Assembly (NCBI GenBank): GCA_964016885.1
Contig: OZ024742.1
Coordinates: 112,220,001 to 112,284,000, forward strand
Source of the DNA: Eledone cirrhosa
Taxonomy: Eukaryota
Direction: 5' to 3'
DNA: 64,000 nt
The translations under genes were made by a program, and so were the position numbers. Of this stretch, positions 27,877 through 40,198 are shown one piece after another. Numbering within the stretch: position 1 is the first letter of the stretch; the number at the start of each line of letters is the position of its first letter. The notes under the pieces were generated by a model. The model did no database searches and was not told the DNA's origin. It saw nothing but the letters and a program-made list of their open reading frames with translations.

Positions 27877-29388
27877 CCGCCCCACACACACACGCACTCA
27901 CACACATATATATATAACATTGAAAAATGAAGACAGATTTAATCAATTATTTTACGATCATTTCTGAGGGTAACATACAGCACGCTATAATCGCTATATT
28001 AACCAATCAATCGGAGTCATGGAACTCCATATTATTGCCTTCTCCAAAGTATTGGGTTTCAGCCTATTTTTCTTATTCACGTTTTTGGTGTTCGAAAAAT
28101 GTTCATGTAATTGAAAACCTCAATTGCATTATTGCAAATAACTGTTTGGAATCTTTAAATTCATTTCCAAATGTTGTAATTGATATATCACCAATACGAA
28201 ATATTTTAAAACGATTGAAAGAAGACGTTTTTTCTCCATTAAAAGGTGATATTACAATTAATACTTTCTGTTGTCACAAATCACCAGTTCCCAAAAAATT
28301 ATTCTAAGAAAAAATATTGTATTTTTGATTGAGTAAATTAAGCTTAACTTTTCCGGAATATTGCATTAAATACCTTAGATTTCAGTTTGGAATTATTTTT
28401 CTTTCATGCATTTCACCACAATTCTGTTGAAAAAATTGAACAGAGATTGTACATCTCTGTATGGCATACCTTAATTAGCATTGGAACTTCCAACAAACTT
28501 TAAACGTTATATAATTTATTACTGCCTAATAATATCTAAAATATTTCTATCGCCAGCCAAAGTCTCTTAAGACAAAATAAAAACAATATTGCTGTATGCA
28601 CAATATTCGTTATGTTTCCTTGGAGAGATAATCCGTCGTGTGTTATGAAATATTTCTAACACACTGCTTGTGACAAACTTTATTATTCCCCCATAATATA
28701 TATCTATTAATCTAGGTATAGGAACAAAACAATTTGAAAAGAAATTGTATGATAGAATATAACCATTATTATGAAACAAAAAATAAAAGAATAATTGAAC
28801 AAATGTATTTCATATGGCCACCTATAATTACTTCTATGGAAATTGAAGTAGACACATTGTGGAAAAATGTACTGCTTATTTTCATTTTGTATTTTGTATT
28901 GTTTGGAACATAACAGAATATATATCTGGAAATTTGCCAATGCATCTTTATATAAAAATTATCTTATTTTACTTTCTTTCGCTTGTAATTTTATTTTATC
29001 TATTTCGTTTTCATCTCCCAAATATCTCCAGTTAAATTACGGGCTGAAATATTTTACTTTTGTTATCAGTCTCAGATGTATAACTGTGTTTCTCATGATG
29101 GATCATTGTTCAAACGCCACGCAGTTTACAAATTCAGACATTATCTCAGCACTACATTGATACAAAAATAGACGTCGTATTTATAATGTTGCATCTTTGT
29201 GGAGAAATTCGTTTTTCTAAAATATAGTTTTCACAATTCAATTTTTTTTAATAGTTATTCGGGAACAACAATGCTCACACGACTATACACACCAAAATTA
29301 AATCACACACGCCTACAGCACCTACAATGTTATGTGTAAAATTGGAATAGTTATATATATATATACAGAGAGAGAGAGAGAGAGATAA

Positions 29389-29479
<91 letters not shown>

Positions 29480-29539
29480 CTGCAGTTATGAGACAGGAAG
29501 ATCACATATCATTGGAGTACTCAATGCAGGAGAGATGAA

Positions 29540-29632
<93 letters not shown>

Positions 29633-29789
29633 TGTGTGTGTGTGTGAAGTGAATATACTTAGGATACAATGCAGATGGGTTGAAATTACCAGGCAACAAA
29701 TCGTAAGGAAATGAAAAGAAGCCAGGTAGAAGGTAAAAGGTGGGAGACGTATACTAATTGTTTCTCCTTTTGACACACGGTCAGCAAAT

Positions 29790-29862
29790 ACCCAGTACAT
29801 TACTGGTACTTTATTTTAACAGTAATTGCTGGCCTTGTGCCAATAGTAGAAACAATTATTAT
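29790..29862 (+). mobile_element. SINE 3' fragment with small inversion
   Basis: AATTGCTGGCCTTGTGCCAATAGTAGAAACAATTATT preceded by an inverted SINE piece. Confidence 0.7.
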
Positions 29863-29867
29863 ACGTC

Positions 29868-29954
<87 letters not shown>

Positions 29955-29957
<3 letters not shown>

Positions 29958-30808
29958 AATTAGTATATCTACCAACATATATATACAGATGCATACCTAT
30001 GCTAGCAAATATATAGGTTTTGTCTTAGTAACTTTGTGCTTCAATGCAAGAGGATGCAGAACAATTATATGAAATACGTAAAATAAGAAAATTATAAAAT
30101 TAACTTACTAAAATTTCACTCCAACTAATTAGTTTCTGAAAGGGAATGAACATGGTTTCCGAACGGAACAACATGGAGAAAATCCTTTCGGCATCAGAGA
30201 AGTCTATTCTCAGCTAAGTTCCCAAGCAATGCGTGGACACAGGGAACTTATACAAAAATAATTCAGTGGATAAAAAAAGCAAGCGAGGACTAAATTCCAG
30301 GACATTGAAAAAATCTCTGCCTACTTGGTCGGTGGCAAATTCATAAGAATCAATCACGTGACATCGAGGTTAATCAGTGAGGAGCCGGGTGCTAATAAGA
30401 CAGTAGCCTGACTATTACTATGAACTATAGTAGTAGTTTTGGCAAATATTTGCTCAACAAAATAATTTGGAGATAATTATAAATTATTAGTATATCTACC
30501 AACATATATATACAGATGCATACCTATGTTAGCAAATATATAGGTTTTGTCTTAGTAACTTTTTGGTTCAATGCAAGGGGATGCAGAACAATTATATGAA
30601 AGACGTAAAATAAGAAAATTATAAAACTTAACTTACTTACTAAAATTTCACTCCAACTAATTAGTTTCTGAAAGGGAATAAACATGGTTTCCGAACGGAA
30701 CAACATGGAGAGAATCCTATTATTCCCTTTTTCAGAAACTAATTAGCTGGCGTGAAATTTTAGTATGTAAGTTAAGTTTTATAATTTTCTTATTTTATGT
30801 CTTTCATA

Positions 30809-30810
<2 letters not shown>
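29955..30810 (-). mobile_element. Family B ORF-less HHR element, ~1.4 tandem units plus inverted segment
   Basis: 29961-30185 repeats at 30487-30715; HHR at 30118-30203; stem III motifs 532 nt apart; 30720-30810 inverted; in (TA)n. Confidence 0.8.
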
Positions 30811-30903
<93 letters not shown>

Positions 30904-31019
30904 AAGAATGAAAATAAATAAACACGATGTTCATTGCATAAGATCTATACTTGAAATAACTAATGTCAACGAAATATACCTTGAAGGAGGCCAGCTCCCA
31001 TCTATGCAGGTTTATCTGG

Positions 31020-31232
31020 CCTCCTCCAGGGTATATTTCGTTGGAGGTCTTTTGGGTAATTTAATGATGGGGGCACCGAGGCCTATCATCTCATTTCTTC
31101 ATCTGAGTAAACTGGAGCAACGTGAAATAAAGTGTCTTGCTCAAGGAAACAACACATCTCCCGGTCCGAGATTTGAACTCACAACCTTTCGATTGCAAGC
31201 CCAATGCTCAACGCACTAAACCATGCGCCTTC
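31020..31232 (-). mobile_element. Second tRNA-derived SINE family with CORE/Meta-like central domain
   Basis: Minus strand GGCGCATGGTTTAGTGCG (A box), GAGTTCAAATCTC (B box), CCTTGAGCAAGACACTTTATTTCACGTTGCTCCAG; 3' limit approximate. Confidence 0.75.
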
Positions 31233-31237
31233 ATTAG

Positions 31238-31343
31238 AAAAATATGGAAGGCTTCACAAATTTGCGTGTCACCTTTTCGCAGGGGCCATGGTAATCTTGT
31301 CTGTATCGTTCCAATTTTAGTATATGTACTGCCGAGGCAGTAT
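31238..31343 (-). pseudogene. U6: U6 snRNA pseudogene, full length
   Basis: Minus strand ATACTGCCTCGGCAGTACATATACTAAAATTGGAACGATACAGACAAGATTACCATGGCCCCTGCGAAAAGGTGACACGCAAATTTGTGAAGCCTTCCATATTTTT; ACAGAGA box is ACAGACA and the AGC triad is ACC; no promoter seen upstream. Confidence 0.95.
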
Positions 31344-31403
31344 TATTAAACATATAGAAATGAAATGGTCAATGCTTAACACACACACACACACGCACAC
31401 ACG

Positions 31404-31525
<122 letters not shown>

Positions 31526-31704
31526 CTGTCTCACTCGCTTAACGCGTTTTAATTGTCCTAATAACTTATTTTGGTTATTATTGCACCGAAGAGAGATATA
31601 TGATTTTTAATGCAATGAAATATCTATGATCTTCGGCAAATCATTGATGAGGGACGTATTTTATTACATGTTACCATGTGCTACCTGCAGTGTTTTTCTC
31701 TATA

Positions 31705-31744
<40 letters not shown>

Positions 31745-31748
<4 letters not shown>

Positions 31749-31935
31749 ACAGTTATATTTAAATTGTTGGGATACAACAAGCAAATATTTTTATAACTGA
31801 TATAAAGCACTCGACAAATATTTGGAGTAAATATACGATATTAATAAATGGAAACTATATTTATAAAACCATATCTATTTCATTATATATATTTCAAGGA
31901 TACCAAGTTACATTATGGTATGCCTTCATCAGACA
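31745..31935 (-). mobile_element. Family D HHR-like repeat (another copy at ~32660-32850, +)
   Basis: CTGATGA-AGG..ACCA..TGGT..CCTT-GAAA; shares sequence with 32745-32850 and 33500-33706. Confidence 0.65.
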
Positions 31936-32412
31936 GGGAACAGGGAACAGGTCAGCCACCTTAGATAGAGTAATGAGTACTGTGGTGATGGTGGGGAGCG
32001 AGTGTAGGCGTTATTGTTATTGTGGTGGCGGGGAGTCAGTGAGATGTACAAGTTCATAGATCCCTTCTCTCTTTTCCTCTCTCTTCAACATTTTGAATTT
32101 ATGGCTTTTTGCAATGGCGGACAAGTATATATAATATATATATATGAAGCAAAGAAAAGAAAATTTCACTGATACGAAAGATTTCCTGGTAGGAGTTCAG
32201 GTGTATTCAGTGATTGGTATCCAGTTTCGGGGTATCCAATTAGAAAATCCAACGAATCTTTAAGAGGGGTCCACGCAAGCATTGATATATATATGTATAT
32301 ATGTAAAATGTAAGCAGAAATAACAACGAAATATTTCCTGGTAGAAGTTCAGGTGTATTCAGTGTTGGTATCCAGTTTCGGGGTATCCAATTAGAACATC
32401 CAACGAATATAC

Positions 32413-32500
<88 letters not shown>

Positions 32501-32847
32501 TTATTAATGGTCAGTCCACTTCGACGAAATGTAATATATAAATAACATTTTCTTCTTGTCTCCCACCCTTCGGTTCATTCATCCATATATCTATAATCGC
32601 CCAGAATCCAAATACTACTTCATAATTCTATAATTCTGTCTCACTGTTCTAAATAATCTTCTCCTCAGATGATGGCCTCCAAAACCAACGGTCAATTTTT
32701 GAAAAGTGTACGTCAATGTCTATTTATAAAACTGTTAGATAATGCATTTTGTCTGATGAAGGCACACCATGATGTAACTTGGTATCCTTGGAATATATAT
32801 AATGAAATAGATATGGTTTTATAAATATAGTTTTATTTATTAAAATC

Positions 32848-32999
<152 letters not shown>

Positions 33000-33039
33000 G
33001 TATATGTATATATATAAATATATTTATATGTATATATAC

Positions 33040-33217
<178 letters not shown>

Positions 33218-33261
33218 GTATATATATGTATATATTTATATGAATATATGTATATATATAC

Positions 33262-33702
33262 AATATATTAACAAATGGAAACTATATTTATAAAACCATA
33301 TTTAATTAATTATACATATTTCAAAGGCCACCAATGCAAATTATGGTGCGCTTTCATCAGATAAAATACAATACAGATTAGTTTTATAAATAAATATTGA
33401 CATACCCTGAAAAAAGACAACCTTAACGATTGGAGCTTCCAGGAGGCTCCAACCGTCAAGGTTGTCTTTGTTCAGGGTATGTCAATATTTATTCATAAAA
33501 CTAAACTGTATTGTATTTTATCTGATGAAAGCGCAACATAATTTGCCTTGGTGGCCCTTAAAATATGTATAATAACATAAATATGGTTTTATAAATACAG
33601 TTTCCGTTTGTTAATATATTGTAGATTCAGTCCACCCACTTTTGAGTGCTTCATATCAGTTATAAAAAGTTTAAGTTTGTTGAATCCCAACAAGTTAACC
33701 GC

Positions 33703-33706
<4 letters not shown>
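33262..33706. mobile_element. Family D palindrome (~180-bp arms, centre ~33441) with HHR-like motif in each arm
   Basis: 33262-33440 is inverted vs 33442-33620; minus-strand motif 33284-33370 TGTATTTTAT-CTGATGA-AAG..CTTT-GAAA-...-TT-ATAAATATA. Confidence 0.75.
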
Positions 33707-33774
<68 letters not shown>

Positions 33775-33884
33775 GTTTAGCGTTTTCGGTGCACCCGGCC
33801 CATTAACCCGCTCGATATGCAAATTAGGCTACTCAGCCGTTAATATGCATGAGGTATGTATCAACAATCTGGCAGGAAGGTATA

Positions 33885-33925
33885 CGTTGCAGACGATAGC
33901 TAATAAGCTTGAAACTAGTACAGCG
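33885..33925 (+). ncRNA. Minimal type I hammerhead (U4A variant), unit 1
   Basis: CGTTG-CAGACGA-T AGCT(AATA)AGCT T-GAAA-CTAG-TA-CAGCG; stem I extends via AAGG/CCTT and CTGGCA/TGTCAG. Confidence 0.75.
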
Positions 33926-34294
33926 TTCCTTTGTCAGTGTTGAACAAACGACAACGATGGTTGCTAGACACTACGGCTTAATACGGGATGTTTGTTTACA
34001 AACACACCGAGCATTATAATAAATGTTCGGTGAATCCATAACTACATATATATATATGTATGGATGTATGTATATCTATATATACATACTACTGTACGTC
34101 TGTATACATATATGTATGTACGCGTACATACTTATATTTAAGTAACAGCCGTACTAAGGATGGGAAATGAAATTTCGTCTCATTTTTTCCGTTTATCGTT
34201 TTCGGTGCACCCACTCGATATACAAATTAGGCTACTCAGCTGTTAATATGCATAAGGTAAGTATATACGTTCAACAATCTGGCAGGAAGGTATA

Positions 34295-34335
34295 CGTTGC
34301 AGACGATAACTAATAAGCTTGAAACTAGTACAGCG
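34295..34335 (+). ncRNA. Minimal type I hammerhead (U4A variant), unit 2
   Basis: Same motif with one stem II mismatch (AACT/AGCT); distal stem I CTGGCA/TGCCAG is perfect. Confidence 0.7.
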
Positions 34336-34603
34336 TTCCTTTGCCAGTGTTGAACAAACGAGCAACGATGGTTGCTAGACACTACGGCTTAATACGGGAT
34401 GTTTGATTACAAACACACCGAGCATTATAATAAATGTTCGATGAATCCATACGTACATATATATATATATGTGTGCATGTATGTATATATATATATACAT
34501 ACTACTGTACGTCTGTATACATATATGTATGTACGTGTACATACTTATATTTAAGTAACAGCCGTACTAAGAGTGGAAAATGAAATTTCGTTTCATTTTT
34601 TCC

Positions 34604-34695
<92 letters not shown>

Positions 34696-34709
34696 GTATA
34701 TATATATAT

Positions 34710-37700
34710 CTTAGATTCTTCCGCGCCGTTCGGCCGGCATGTCGACCATTATGTGCTCGCCAACGGGCGCGATCAGCGGCAATTTTTTCGAGACCGTGCC
34801 AGGTGATGTTGGTTGCCATCAGGTCCTTCCGGAACGTTCGTCGCCAGGTGATCCTTGGGCAACCACTCCTCCATTTACCACCGGGCGGAGTTCTGTTCAT
34901 CGCTCTTTTCGAATGCCATTCATTTAGCAGACGCAGATATGGGCATCCAGACGGCACAACGCTCATTCTCTGTAGCGTCCATGACTCGGCTCTCCGCAGG
35001 AACGATCTTCTCATTTCGCACTCGGTTGCGCCAGGACACACAAATGATCTTTCGCAGGCACAGCTGGTGGAAAGCGTTCAGCCGGCTTTCTATTTTGCCG
35101 TACTCTTCCACGTCTTGCTCGTATAAGGCACTGTCGGCAGCACGATGCTCTTGTACAGGCGGACCTTGGTCTTGGTGCTAATGCATGAAGACGACCAGAC
35201 TGGGCACAGCCGCTGGAAAACTCCGGCTCTTTGCCGATCCGACAGTGGATATCGAGTTCCGCGTCGACACTGCTTGTCAGGATGCTGCCCAGATAGGTGA
35301 AGTGATCGACTTCTCGAGGTCCTGCTGGTTGACTCTGATCACTGGACCTGTCTCGCTGGCCGCTCTCATGACCTTGGTCTTTTTGGTGTGGATTCTCTGG
35401 CCGATCGTTTTCACACTCTCTTGTAGGTATGTTGTTAGGCCTGCAGATGTGCACTGTTTTCACCGATCAAAGCGATGTCGTCGGCGAATTGCAGGTCCCT
35501 CAGCCTCAACTGCCCTCTCCATGGGATTCCTCAATCGGGTCCTTCATCCATTCGTCTTAGTACGAATTCGGCTGCCAGAAGGAATAACAGTGGAGAGAGA
35601 ATGCAACCCTGTCTGACTCCGGAGAAAATCTCAAAGAACACCATCACACAGGACTCAGTCCGCACGCAGCAGCTGTAGTTTTCATACAGGGCCTTGAAAA
35701 TGGCGATGAATCTTGCAGGAATGCCGTACAGTTGCGCAACATTCCACAGGGACTCCCGGTGTACACTGTCGAATGCCTTATGGAAATCAATAAAATTGAC
35801 CGCCAAAGGCTGTTGTCGCTTAACGCATTGTTCGAGAATGTTGCGTAGTGAAAAGATCTGTTCCGTGCAAGATCGATTTTTTCGGGAGCCGGCTTGTTCT
35901 TCTAGCAGCACAGAGTCGACAGCCAGCCGGAGTTGACGCAGCAGCAGAGTGCAGAACGCCTTGCCTGGGACTAACAGCAATGTGACACCACGCCAGTTGT
36001 TGCAGTCTGCAAGGTTTTCCTTCTTCGTCAGTTTGACGATGACACCGCGCTGCCACTCAAGGGGAACCCGACCAACGCTCCAGCAGTGATTCATCAAGTC
36101 TGTATACGCCGTTATCGTGCTCTCCTCGCCAAATTTGAGCAGCTCAGCACACATCTCATCCAGTCCCCCTGCTTTGCCGTTCCTCAAGTGGCTAATCGCA
36201 TGTCTCGTCTGTTACTTGGTGATATAGTCCTCGCAGACTTTGAGTACCTCAGTCGTTGGTGGAGTCTCTGCGGTCAAGACTATGAGGGCGACCGGATTTG
36301 GTTGGTTCAGCGTCTCCCGCAAGTGCTCCATCCATCTCTGCTCCTGTTCCGCTCCAGTGGTCAACGTCTTGCCATTTATCCTTCACTGGCATGCTGGCAA
36401 CGCTCGACATTTCTGGCAACTCCTTCACGATGCGTAACAGTGCTTTTGTGCCGGTTCGACCAGCAGCTTCCTCTGCCTCAGCACCCTTTTTCTCCAGCCA
36501 GTCACGTTTGTTCCACCGGCTGCTTCGTTTTACCAGTCGCTCGACTTTTTCCTTTTTTCCTCTGTCAATCAGGTCCCACCTTTGTACTTGGATCCACTTT
36601 ACATCCTCGTTCCTCGTCTTCGGCCAATAGTTTTTTGTGCTGCCTCAGTCACCGCTGTCGTGAATATCGTCCATTGATCTTCCAGATCTGCAGCCCCACT
36701 CAACTGCTGGAATCGGTTGTGTAGCGCCAGTTGGTACAGTCGCATTTGACCGGGATACTTCAGCGTCTCCACTACATATGGCTTTCGTCTTTCCTGTCGT
36801 GTCCGTTTCTTCTGGCGCAGCTGAATTTCCGCACTCAGTGGGTGGTAGTCTGAACTCACGTCCGCACCTCGGTACACTCTGACGTCACGTACCGAGTACC
36901 GATAGCGCTGGTTGATGCAGATTTAGTCGATCTCGTTTCGGCTTTTCTGGTCCTGAGACTGCCAAGTAGCTTTGTGAAACGCCTTGTGTTTGAAATAGGT
37001 GTTGCTAATGCACAAGCTGTTGATGGCACAAGGTAGCTGCAGTCTCTCGCCGTTGTCCGTGTTGACCGCAGCTGAACCGAATGGCCCAGTGACCTGTTCC
37101 AGTCCCTGTCTGTTGCAGCCAATCTGAGCGTTGAAATCTCCGATCAGTAGTTTGATGTCATGGCTGGGCAAGTTATTAAATGTGTCCGGCAGCTGTTCGT
37201 AGAAGTCGTCTTTGTCGATGTCGGTTGCGTCATCAATCGGTGCGTAGCCCTGAACAATAGCTTTTTCGCATCCAATCAAATCTCGAGTCGCTAAGCACAA
37301 GTCCAACGGCATGAACGTGCTTGTCTTGGTGTCCAGAGTAGAGCAGAGTTGTGTCTCCACTGCCACTCATCTTTCCGATGCCGGCCAGCGCATTTCACTC
37401 ACGCCTAGAATGTCCAGCTGGTAGTGGTCGAACTCGCGATGTAGCTGAGCCAGCTTTCCTGTCAGGTATAGTGTACGCACGTTCCAAGTTCCAATTCGCA
37501 TTTTTGTTTTGGTGTACAGAATCCGGCTCATCGGAACCTCAACGTCCTTTCGGCTTTGGTGGGCGTCCGTCAAGAGTGGAGTGTTTCCCACGACTTCATC
37601 TTTACGCCGTTCATTTTTGTGTATTTTGGCTTCTCTTGCTGATTCTTTAGCGGTTAGAATTTTTTACAGCAGTGCCGGCTTGCTAACCCGCCGCCTGCCG

Positions 37701-37795
37701 CCTGAATTTTCCGATTCTTTGCCCACGGAGATTAGTGGTTGCCACTCCTTCGCCAAGATGAGGCGTGCGGCGAGACCAGAGGACTCATTAGGGGA
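34710..37795 (-). mobile_element. RTE-clade LINE, near full length, frameshifted
   Basis: APE MRIGTWNVRTL..ILGVSEMRW, YAPIDD..LIGDFNAQIG..NGERL..RNEID; RT NNWRGVTLL..EQAGSR..FIDFHKAFDSV..GVRQGCILSPLLF..FADD; GC-rich versus flanks. Confidence 0.93.
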
Positions 37796-38101
37796 TATAT
37801 ATATTTATATACATATAAATATATTTAAAATGACGTAAACATGACAATACAACAGGAGGGAACATCATAATAGTACCACTGATGATGTTGCAGATGTGCA
37901 ACAAGAGAACTTTGTTAGACTCTCTATATATATTTATATCTGTATTTTTAACCGTTGGTCATTCAATGATAAATATTGATTGGAAGATAAATGGAAATAT
38001 AAAAGATGCAGAAGCGAAAACCAACCAAACAATGAGTGTGTTCTGTTATTATTTCTGCCAATATTATTATGACCCTCCCCAAGTATAACAATACACGCGC
38101 G

Positions 38102-38196
<95 letters not shown>

Positions 38197-38200
<4 letters not shown>

Positions 38201-38447
38201 ATAATAATAAATTTGAAGACTAAAATCCAAAGAGGGCTCGTATTAATGACGTATTGTATTCGTTTTTTCCCGTTCTTAGCCAGGGAACGTTTCCACGAAC
38301 CAAAGTATCGTCTTCCTGTCTTCCTTCTGTTGCCACGTTTTTTGAAATATCCAGTTCTGCGTTTACAGATTGACTTTGTTAGTTTCAGAAGATCCCGTTA
38401 TGGGTGAAAGCACCGATTCTTTGCTTAAACTTTAATCTGTTATTTTA

Positions 38448-38483
<36 letters not shown>

Positions 38484-38542
38484 CGAAGGAAATGTGGTAA
38501 GGAACCAGGTGGACCATAACGCACCAAAGTGTCTTACTGGTT

Positions 38543-38545
<3 letters not shown>
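38197..38545. mobile_element. Family C + (TA)n + Naiad pseudo-LTR end composite
   Basis: Family C 38197-38455, then AACGAAGGAAATGTGGTAAGG.. from 38482. Confidence 0.8.
38381..38431 (+). ncRNA. Type I hammerhead, family C (U4A variant, closed stem III)
   Basis: AGTTT-CAGAAGA-T CCC(GTTAT)GGG T-GAAA-GCA(CCGATTCTT)TGC-TT-AAACT; CUU triplet; copies at 27657-27707 (-) and ~55725-55774 (+). Confidence 0.65.
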
Positions 38546-38593
<48 letters not shown>

Positions 38594-39317
38594 GTACACA
38601 CGGGCACTGTTAAATACGGCCAACAGGACTGGCAACTGCTAATTGTTTGGTCGCCTTCTCGTCTCTCTGCTTTTTCAGTCGCATGTGTTGTGTATATTAT
38701 ATTCCTTTGTTAAATTTCGAATACCTGATCATGTCATAGTATAATGATGTTCATAATATAATAAACCTTTAAGGAATTACACCAGTCCAGCCTCCTGTAT
38801 TTTATAATATATATATATATATATGTATATCTCGTTATAATATATAACCACCAATTTCTCTGTCTGTCTGTCCGACAGTGGAAACACGTGCGCGCGTGCG
38901 AATGTTTTTGTGGGGGCGGGGTGTGTGTATCTATGAACAAACAAATTATGCTGGATACTGAGTAATGCGCATGATTACATAATAATCATATAATACACTT
39001 TCAAGGCCATTCTGAAATCAGAAAAAATGTTTTCATCTGGAGAAAAACAGAATTTCAAATATATACGTAAACATCATCGTAAATATAGGAAAGTAACATT
39101 GAATAACTCCTGTTCCCCTTGAAGGATGTATGACCATTTACTTACGAGATTAGTTATAATGAGACATATCGATGTTAAAATAAATAGGAATGATGAATGA
39201 AAATAAATAGTAAGTACGAAAGATAGAAATGAAGTGACCGTATAGATGAATAACAGGTAGATGGAAAGAGAGATCTACATGAAAACAGATGATCTGATGA
39301 ATGAAATATGAAGGAAA

Positions 39318-39485
39318 TAATTGTTTCTACTTTTGGCACAAGGCCAGCAATTACCTAGTACATTACTGGTACTTTATTCTATCGACCCCGTAAGGGTGAA
39401 AGGCAATTTAACTTGGCACGATTTGAACTCAGAATGGCAAGGGTTGTAACTATATGTGTCAAAGCATAGTGTCCGATCCTGTTCT
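39318..39485 (-). mobile_element. Octopus-type SINE
   Basis: Matches 25208-25370. Confidence 0.85.
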
Positions 39486-40198
39486 ATAAAGAGATATAAC
39501 GTGTTTGATAGATAAGTAGATAGGTAGGATATATAAACACAAATAATTAAACTCACTCATCACATCCACCTTCCTTAAACCCACTGACTACTACTACTAC
39601 CTCGATTTCACGTACTCCCAGCCAACGCACAGCAAATAATCCATCGCCTACTACCAATTTCTCCTTCTAGGTCTTCTATGCAGCCGAACTCAGGTCTTCG
39701 AGGCTCAGGCCCCCACTGACTCAATTAACCCCCCCCCACTTCACTGTCCATCTACCTTTGCTCCCTATCATACAGGCAGACATTGCACTCTCCTCTACTA
39801 GCACCACGGCTCATACCTACTATTACACACATGTACATGCTAACACCACAGCCCCTCCTCAATTACTTTTGTTCCGCGGGTGACAACACCTCTCCCACCC
39901 CAAATTCTCCCCCACTTCAGCTTTGACAAAACTTGACTTGGTTTCGCACAACGATCTCGCGACCTCTGTTCTGAAGTGGAGAACACTGCATACTCGAACA
40001 CTCATGCGAAACAGACATACATATACATAAACATACACAACTCCACCCTAACACACATGTACTCCAACACATTCCGCTACTGACCAAACATAACCACAGC
40101 GGTTATGTCAATACAAACATACCCATATATACACACAGGCATCGAACACAGACGTGGAAATACATACACATACACACAAACGCACACACACTCACATA

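Larger units (their letters stand above)
33774..34605 (+). mobile_element. Head-to-tail dimer of a ~415-bp ORF-less unit, each with a minimal HHR (candidate non-LTR retrozyme)
   Basis: Units 33774-34189 and 34190-34605; HHRs at 33885-33925 and 34295-34335; flanked by (TA)n. Confidence 0.8.

Noticed and set aside
32170-32410. ~80-bp direct repeat (32175-32258 vs 32332-32408)
   Set aside because: Real repeat but no ribozyme or family assignment could be supported.
37875-37920. CTGATGA followed by a TGTTGCA/TGCAACA hairpin
   Set aside because: GAAA is not adjacent and there is no stem I closure.
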